Shown here: piece by piece, positions 1 through 6,600 of the stretch
Position numbering within the stretch: the stretch's first letter is position 1
Layout of the letters: each line of letters opens with the position of its first letter
Virus record (IMG/VR): IMGVR_UViG_3300020716_000019
Span: 1-36,074 of that record
Direction: 5' to 3' (one strand)
Origin: a virus
Lineage: Duplodnaviria; Caudoviricetes
DNA length: 36,074 bases
Made by a program: the position numbers and the translations under genes
Notes under the pieces: model-generated
The model's database searches: none
What the model saw: the letters and a program-made list of their open reading frames with translations, nothing else
Told to the model about the DNA's origin: nothing

Positions 1-187
1 GGACGGTGCCGCCTGACCACACGCTCTGGACGGTGCCGCCTGACCACACGCTCTGGACAATGCCGCCTGACTCCACGCGCTGGACGGTGCCGCCTGACTC
101 CACGCGCTGGACGGTGCCGCCTGACAACACGCGCTGGACGGTGCCGCCTGACCACACGCTCTGGACAATGCCGCCTGACAACACTGC
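1..187. repeat. 27-bp coding tandem repeat, about 7 units (ctggacggtgccgcctgaccacacgct consensus)
   Basis: Units start at about 1 (partial), 26, 53, 80, 107, 134 and 161. Variation is essentially limited to three codons. Confidence 0.95.
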
Positions 188-577
188 CGTTAAAATCATG
201 TGCTGCGCGCATTCAACTTTTGCCCACGGCGCAACGATAAATTGACCGCCGGTAATCAGTTCAACATCGCCAGTTACCAAAATTGATTTGATATAAGCCG
301 CCATTCGCTCTGCGACTTTTTCCTTCATGGCATCAGAAAACCATTCAGGCGTGCGTGATTCGTCAATATTGAGTTTATATTTCTCAAGCAGGTGAGCATT
401 CACCATCGAGTCTGGCGAAAACTCGACCCTGGCAAAATTAAGCCGCGCTCCGTCGTCTTTGATTTTAAAGATTTTGAAAAGCTCGGAATGGGATTCCGAC
501 CACGGCGAGAGCAGCAACTTGAATCCGCCTTTCTCTTTGCCGTCTTTCATTACGATGGCCGACTTAAATTCACACAT
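1..577 (-). CDS. Repeat-containing early protein, 5' part (MCEFKSAIVMKDG...; C-terminal 9-aa repeats (T/I)VQ(S/R)V(W/L/E)SGG); continues across the contig junction
   Basis: Manually translated: ATG at 577, open to base 1. Absent from the ORF track because it runs off the end. The same repeat frame resumes at 36074. Confidence 0.85.
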   Translation of the reverse strand, partial: MCEFKSAIVMKDGKEKGGFKLLLSPWSESHSELFKIFKIKDDGARLNFARVEFSPDSMVNAHLLEKYKLNIDESRTPEWFSDAMKEKVAERMAAYIKSILVTGDVELITGGQFIVAPWAKVECAQHMILTAVLSGGIVQSVWSGGTVQRVLSGGTVQRVESGGTVQRVESGGIVQSVWSGGTVQSVWSGGTV

Positions 578-593
578 GGTTTTGGTCTTTCGG

Positions 594-800
594 TTACTTG
601 GATTTTTCGAGGTAGGTTCGGGGATGGATGCGGATGTCCACGCGGCTATGCGTAATCGCCGGCACCAGCCGCGCGCCAATATGCGCCCGCGCAGTTTCTT
701 CGCTCACCTGCCGCCACACCGCGAACTGCGCCACCGTCAAAAGCGAGTCGAGGTTGTAGCCGGGCGGCAAGCAGCCGGAGCGTTGGCGCGGGGTGGTCAT
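594..800 (-). CDS. Excisionase-like helix-turn-helix protein
   Basis: LLTVAQFAVWRQVSEETARAHI...IRIHP resembles MerR/HTH_17 Xis proteins. It is the second gene of the leftward early operon, with an ATGA overlap. Confidence 0.6.
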   Translation of the reverse strand: MTTPRQRSGCLPPGYNLDSLLTVAQFAVWRQVSEETARAHIGARLVPAITHSRVDIRIHPRTYLEKSK

Positions 801-970
801 GCGCTGATTTCCTTTGCGCTTAAATCGAGAGCCATTTCCAGAACCCGCACTTGAGAAATGTGCTTCTTGACGGAAATTTTTCGGAGGAGTGCCGCGTATT
901 CGCCGCGAAAGCGAAAAGCCATTAACTGGCGCGGGTTCTTTGCTTTAGGTCTGCCGGAATTTCGTTTCAT
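797..970 (-). CDS. Ribbon-helix-helix (Arc/CopG-like) regulator, Cro-equivalent position
   Basis: GRPK motif, beta-strand LMAFRF, then two helices (EYAALLRKIS; SQVRVLEMAL). ATG at 970 lies just downstream of a predicted -10. Confidence 0.65.
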   Translation of the reverse strand: MKRNSGRPKAKNPRQLMAFRFRGEYAALLRKISVKKHISQVRVLEMALDLSAKEISA

Positions 971-979
971 CTGCGGCAA

Positions 980-1044
980 AGCGTATAGGCTATACGCTAT
1001 ACCGTCAATAATTTATTTACAATAAATTAGCAATGTGCTATACA
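980..1044. promoter_or_regulatory. Divergent promoter/operator region
   Basis: Leftward TTGACG(1008-1003)-17bp-TACGCT(985-980). Possible rightward TTTACA(1016-1021)-17bp-TATACA(1039-1044) with upstream TG. Inverted repeats agcgtatag-g-ctatacgct (980-998) and taatttatt-tac-aataaatta (1009-1029). GCTATAC at 989, 996 and 1037. Confidence 0.7.
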
Positions 1045-1069
1045 TAAATTTAGAAAGGGTCTGTCAAAT

Positions 1070-1285
1070 ATGGCTAAATCAAAACAAAAAAACTTTCGTA
1101 TGAGCAGCAATGCCGCCAATCTTCTTGGCAAGATTGCACTTAAATACAAGCTCTCTGAAACCGAGGTCATGGAGCATTGCATTGCTCGTTACGCAGGCGA
1201 AGTGGGCGTTGACGTTGAGCGGGCAAAGGCTTTGCTTTTGGAGCATTTCACAAAGACGATATCCGCTGGCAAATCCGACGAGTGA
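1070..1285 (+). CDS. Ribbon-helix-helix regulator, likely repressor
   Basis: KQKNFRMS strand followed by helices NAANLLGKIALKY and SETEVMEHCIARY. First gene of the lysogeny-strand operon, with agaaaggg upstream. Confidence 0.65.
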   Translation: MAKSKQKNFRMSSNAANLLGKIALKYKLSETEVMEHCIARYAGEVGVDVERAKALLLEHFTKTISAGKSDE

Positions 1286-1306
1286 TAGTTTTTTTATTTT
1301 TCATTT

Positions 1307-1543
1307 TTGGAGTATGACCGTGAAGGTAGGACAACCGCTGTCCATGTGAATAACACCAACAACTTTATGGTTTTTGCTGGCATTAAACCAAAAAAATGGC
1401 GCGAGCCAGAAGTGCCCCGACAGGCTTGCGACAGCCTAGAAGCGCACAACCAGCCCGCGCCGATTGGGCGCGCAGCGGGTTGGGCTTCTGTCGAGGTCGC
1501 AATTCGTCGAGCCAACCGTTTCGCTAAATCAGCGGCAGAATGA
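1307..1543 (+). CDS. Possible small hypothetical protein
   Basis: Fills the gap in the + strand operon. The start is uncertain and the ORF overlaps a long hairpin. Confidence 0.3.
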   Translation: MEYDREGRTTAVHVNNTNNFMVFAGIKPKKWREPEVPRQACDSLEAHNQPAPIGRAAGWASVEVAIRRANRFAKSAAE

Positions 1544-1578
1544 TGGAAGCCAGAGCGGGCGGCAATGAAAGAATTTTT

Positions 1579-1935
1579 ATGAAGATAATGCTGATGACGG
1601 TCTTTGTGCTTGCGCTTTGTGGGTGCGAACGTAAAAGCGAATCAGATTTTGAATTTCATTCTGGATCTGATGGCCAGGTAATGTGGCAATGCAATCGTAA
1701 AACTGGCGAGGTTAAGACCTTTACTGCTTACACGGCTAGTTTTGAGTGTCAACATAGTCTATCGCGCGATTTTATTTTGAATCGAAACACTGGCCAAGTC
1801 TGGCGCTATTATCAAAACGATTCCAACAGCATCCCCGACGAAGGATTTGCTCCGCTGAATTATGGCTTACCGGTAGCCCGTCCGAAACCCTTCATCGCCC
1901 AACCAAACGTATTCGACACAATTTCCACAAATTAA
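1579..1935 (+). CDS. Lipoprotein, candidate superinfection-exclusion protein with C-terminal NVFDTISTN
   Basis: MKIMLMTVFVLALCG-C lipobox. Internal repeat (CNRKTGEVK / LNRNTGQVW). Located in the lysogeny module. Confidence 0.75.
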   Translation: MKIMLMTVFVLALCGCERKSESDFEFHSGSDGQVMWQCNRKTGEVKTFTAYTASFECQHSLSRDFILNRNTGQVWRYYQNDSNSIPDEGFAPLNYGLPVARPKPFIAQPNVFDTISTN

Positions 1936-1939
1936 ATTT

Positions 1940-2179
1940 ATGAAAAACACCATGCTCCTCACCCTCGCCACGTCCTGCCTGTTCTCGGCCGGCTGCGTCG
2001 CCACCCAATACGAAAAATCATTTAGCGTAACGAAGGACGCAAATGGCAACGTCACCTCGACCACCGAAACCGAACGCATCATCCAGCCGAACCAGACCGG
2101 CTATCCCATGACGATGGAGCACTTCAAAGACACGCAACCGGGATCGCAGACCGGAACCAAAGTGAACAGCACACGCTGA
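1940..2179 (+). CDS. Small lipoprotein
   Basis: MKNTMLLTLATSCLFSAG-C lipobox followed by a beta-hairpin-like mature part. Confidence 0.75.
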   Translation: MKNTMLLTLATSCLFSAGCVATQYEKSFSVTKDANGNVTSTTETERIIQPNQTGYPMTMEHFKDTQPGSQTGTKVNSTR

Positions 2180-2186
2180 TAAAATG

Positions 2187-2456
2187 TGGCAACAAACTTC
2201 CAATCGAGTTGGCAACACTTTTGGCAACAGTTGGCAACTAGCACGGAAGCCCAATAAAAGCCGCTATAAAACAAACCATTTCAAGGAAGTGAACAACCGG
2301 TTTAAGAAATTGAAGCTTTAGCCAATAGAATCAATGAAAAACGCCGTTGCGCCAATGTTTGCAAAGGGTTCTGAACGGCGCAAAATACCGAGTTCGGGGT
2401 GTGTTCGGGGGGTGTTGAGGGGGTTTTGCGGGTGCTGTTGCCAAATCTGTTGCCAA
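2187..2456. other. Putative attP with integrase arm-type sites
   Basis: (T)TGGCAAC at 2187, 2209, 2221 and 2231, with inverted TGTTGCCAA at 2436 and 2448. These flank an AT-rich non-coding core directly upstream of the integrase. Confidence 0.75.
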
Positions 2457-2461
2457 CTTTT

Positions 2462-3640
2462 ATGAGTCCAAAAACGTCCGTCGCAAAATGCCTTGTCAGG
2501 GGTCAAAGCCTGTGGCGAGTTCGTTGGACGGAATTGGGTCGGGTGCGGCGTAAATTCTTCACCGGTAGGCCGGCGGCTGAGGCGCACGCGGCATCGGTGC
2601 GTGGTGAGGCGTTGAACGCACGGCAACAATTCTTGGCGCTGAATCCAGCCGAACAGCAAAACATCATGTTCGTGTGGAACGATGCCAAGTCGCGCAACGT
2701 GGATCTGTTCACCGCGCTATCGCGGGCCGAGGCGTTTGCCGTCGCTGCGCCGGGCATATCGACCGTCATCAATGAAATGCTGACCGTCAAACGCAAGTCG
2801 GGTTTGTCCGATCGTTACCTGGTCGTGCTCGAAATGATTCTGAACCAGTTCGCCAAAGGCATGGAGCATCGTCCGGTTTCCGCTGTCGCCCTGGCTGACG
2901 TGGAGAAATACTTGGATTCGCACAACGCAGTTTCGCGGCAATGTCTGCGGGGCAGGGTGTCCACGCTGCTGCGGTTCGCGGTGCGGCGCGGCTACCGGAC
3001 GGACAACCCCTGCGAGCGTTTGGAGCCGATGAAGCTGCCGCACAAAACGCCGACGATTTTTACACTTCAACAGGTCGAATCGGCTTTGACGTGGCTGAAA
3101 AAGAATCCGCGTTCGCTGGCATGGTTTATTCTCTCGACGTTTGCCGGCCTGCGGCCAGAGGAAGCCGACGCCACAAAATGGGAAGACATTCACTTTGCTG
3201 AAAAGTGGATTCGGATTGAGGCGCAAACGTCCAAGCTGCGGCAGCGGCGCATCGTCTATCCGCTGCCGATGGTTTTTGACTGGCTGAAACTGGCAAAAAA
3301 AAGAAAATCATCATTGCCGTTGATCCGGTCAACCCGATTCCTTGACCTGCGCGAACTGCGCGCCCCGCTATGCATTGCAAAATGGCCGAAGGATGTCACC
3401 CGGCATTCGGCGGCGTCCTACTGGCTGGCGGCGTGCGGATCGGCGGCGACGGTGGCCACGGCGCTGGGACACTCCGAAAGCGTAATGCGTAAAAACTACA
3501 TGGCGCTTGTGACGAAAGCAGACGCGGAAAAGTTCTGGGCTATTTCGCCGGACTCGCCAGCGCCTTCATCAAGTTCGCGGCGCCCTCGCGCTGCTCGGCT
3601 TTCGCGGCCTGATACTGCTATTTCTTCGCGGGCGGCATGA
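2462..3640 (+). CDS. int: Tyrosine recombinase / phage integrase
   Basis: FAGLRPEEA (R), TSK (K), KDVTRHSAASYW (xxxRH box), LGHS, KNY (Y). N-terminal arm-binding-like WRVRW..RRKFF. Confidence 0.95.
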   Translation: MSPKTSVAKCLVRGQSLWRVRWTELGRVRRKFFTGRPAAEAHAASVRGEALNARQQFLALNPAEQQNIMFVWNDAKSRNVDLFTALSRAEAFAVAAPGISTVINEMLTVKRKSGLSDRYLVVLEMILNQFAKGMEHRPVSAVALADVEKYLDSHNAVSRQCLRGRVSTLLRFAVRRGYRTDNPCERLEPMKLPHKTPTIFTLQQVESALTWLKKNPRSLAWFILSTFAGLRPEEADATKWEDIHFAEKWIRIEAQTSKLRQRRIVYPLPMVFDWLKLAKKRKSSLPLIRSTRFLDLRELRAPLCIAKWPKDVTRHSAASYWLAACGSAATVATALGHSESVMRKNYMALVTKADAEKFWAISPDSPAPSSSSRRPRAARLSRPDTAISSRAA

Positions 3641-6600
3641 TCCTGTTTTTGTAAATCTCGCCAGCCGTGGAAGCGCCTGGCACCCCAGCGGCTTCGCCCC
3701 CAAATGTCAGAGCATCAACTTTGGCCTTGGTCGCTTCACGCGGTGAAAGTTTTTGGCCGAAATCGCCTTTGTTTTCGATCAACTTGCCGGCGGCTCGCAC
3801 GCCGTGAATCAAGGTGTCGGCGATTGGAACGCCCGTTTCACCGTATTCAGCCATGCTGACCGCGTTGCCCGCAAACGGCACACGCTTCAAACCCTCAATC
3901 ACTATGCCATGCTCGACGGATTCCTTTTCTTTTTCCGGGCGTTGCGAGCCGATCAGTTTTTTGTTGGCCTGAACAATCGTCGTCTCGGCGTAAAGCATCG
4001 CCAGAAACGCGAGCGTCGCGCCGGTCAGTTGCCCCGCGTCCAACTTCTTGATTCCGAGGTCAAAAATATCGTGCTTCAAGTAAGCCGTCTGCCGCAGCAT
4101 CGTGCTTTGAAATTGGAACAGGGCGCGCGCGTAGCTCATGTTGTTTCCCGTCAACGCGCCGCGCGTGATGGCCTGCGGTTGGTCTTTGAGCAGCGGCGAT
4201 GTCACGGACTGGCGTGAAATCAGGAGTGCCATCCGCTGCGCCTCTTTGTCCACCGGAGCATCGTAAATGTTGCGCGGGTCAATTCCCCGTTGCGCCATTT
4301 CATCCATATAGCGTCCGAGCACGGTTGCGCGGGCGTTCAGTGAATCCAAAGCACGCTCTACAAAAAATGTCGCTGCCTGAGCCTTTCGCAATCCACTGCC
4401 CTCCATCAAATCCTCAATGGCAGGCTCGCCGCCAAAGCGGTTGAAAATCTCCGCAAAGTTCTTTTGAATGAAGGCTTTTCCCTCTGGTGTGAACGAATCC
4501 ACCAAGCCGCGCACCAAGTAATCCCAGCGGACATTCTTCATTGAGAATGCAGCGTTTGGCAAGTGCTTCAATTGCGAGAGAAGGCGCAACCCGATGATAC
4601 CAACTGACGTGTTCTTCGTCAGCCCGTCAATCCATGCCGTGCGGGTTGATCCGGCGGGGGCGGAATTTCTGGCAACCGTGTCCAGCAGGGATTGAACGTA
4701 ATCCCGGCCAAGCGTGCCGTATTTCTGCTTGAAGAAATCCTGCCGGGTCAACTCGCCGATCATTTTCAGGTTGCGCTGCGACGAAATCAAATGGGCGAAG
4801 GTGTTCAAATGCCGGTTCACCACTTCGGCGGCGTTCAGCTTTACCGCGCCTTGCGCTTCCGGCAGCCGTTCAATAGTCATGCCTTGCTCGGTCTTGGTGG
4901 TTCGGCGCGGAACAAGGTCGGCCAGCAGTTGATTCGGTGTCGCCATTTCCTGAAATCCGACGGCGTTGCCCTCTTTGCCTTCAATAGGCGTCGTTGGTTT
5001 TTTATCGTCGTCAATCAGCGTGTGGTCGCGTTGGAACGGCCAGTAGTTTTCAACGGGCTGAACGTCCACGTTGTAATTTTCCCGCATGAACTTTTTCAAG
5101 GCCGGGAAAACCTGTTCGTCAAACAGCTTCCGCGCCGTCTTGTAAAACGCCATTTCCTTCGGCGTCAGCGTGGCATTGATGCGTTTGATCGTTTCCGGCA
5201 AGACGCCGCTCGCCTTCAATCGGTCAGTGCCCCCAGCCTCCTTGTCAATCGCGTAAATGCTGATGCGTTCAAGCTCGTTTTTAGAATAACTGCCAAGCTC
5301 CTTGGTCAGATTTTCAAAAGGCTCATGCAGCGTTTTCCGCAAGTTCATTTCCGTGTTGTAATCCGCGTCCAGCCGTCCGCCAATGATGCGGTTCAACGCC
5401 CCCTTGTAACCGGCGTCTCCGTCCAGAACGTCGAGCATAACGTCGCGCCCAGTGATTGCGCGTCCTGTCCGTTTGGCGAAATCCCATGCGGAACGGATTT
5501 TATTGCCAGCCGCTTGTTGGATTCTATCGCCCAAGGAAAGTTCCATGCCGGGGCTGCGCGTCTGCAAGGCTGGATTCAGCGCGTGAGACGTGCTGCCACT
5601 CATGTCCTTTGCCAGAGCATCGCGCTCTGAATTGTAAAGCGATTCCCGCACTCGAACCATTGTGCGGCCAAGATGATCGTAAAGGTTCACTTGGTCACGG
5701 ATGGACTCCAAGACGTTAATCGGTAAATCCTTCGCGGGGGTTTTGGAAAGCAGATCAATTTGCCGGACGATTGCATCCGGCACGGTGTTTTGCTCGCCGA
5801 CACGCGCAATGTAGTCTCGTGTTGCCTTTAGAGCCGATTCCTTTGCATCGCTCAAACTTTTCAGTCCCACGCGCCGGATAACTCCAAGAATTTTCGATTT
5901 ATACACCACATCCACCGACGGCGATTTGACCGCTTTATCCACTGCTTTTCGTATGTCTGAAATAACACCGTCGCGGTGAAGCTCCTCGGCTCGATCCATG
6001 ATGCGCGCGGCAACCGTGCTGGCGCGCTTATACATCGCATCGCTGTTTGGCGACAGCAAAGGCGGACGTTGCATTGCATCAGTGATTGCCGAATTGAATC
6101 GTCCTCGTTCCGACAGCGGCAGTGTGTTGACCAAATCCAGAAGCGATTTGCGAATCTGGTAGGCATCCGCTGCTGACCAGTTATCCGCCATTTTCAAATC
6201 GCGCCGCGCCGCTTCCGCGCCGGTTGCCGAAGCCCTTTCTTGGCCGGCGTAGTATTCTTTCAACGCCTCGCTTTTGGCGACGGAATCAGCCAGCTTATCC
6301 TGCAACGCTTCGGCCTTGGTGCGGCCTTCTTCAATCGGCATCTGTGTTTCGGCAGATTGGTTGATGCGTTGCTTCAACGTGATATTTTCCGGCTCGTTCT
6401 TGACGGTTTCCGCGCCTGCCTTTGCTCCCGCCTTGAATGCTTGCGCCGCCGCTTTGGACTGGATAGCGGCAACATCCTTTTGCGTCATCGGCTTGGCGCT
6501 GGATTCCGGGTCAAGCCCGGTTGCCATTTCGATTATTTTCCGCGTGTCCGTTTGCCGCCCCTTGTCAAGCAGCCGTTTGCTGACTATCCAAACCCGCAAT

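Noticed and set aside
1-187. CRISPR array or terminal direct repeats
   Set aside because: The units are contiguous 27-mers without unique spacers and keep a reading frame. The two ends are halves of one gene.
6-245. + strand ORF MPPDHTLWT...
   Set aside because: Antisense shadow of the repeat. The - strand frame has a proper start, a globular domain and a coupled stop.
2240-2430. tRNA or tmRNA fragment in attP
   Set aside because: No T-arm (GTTCGAATC-like) plus CCA pattern was found on either strand.
2462-3640. Integrase as an integron integrase acting on the attC-like sites
   Set aside because: No IntI-specific insertion is evident. It has an arm-binding-like N-terminus and adjacent arm sites typical of phage integrases.
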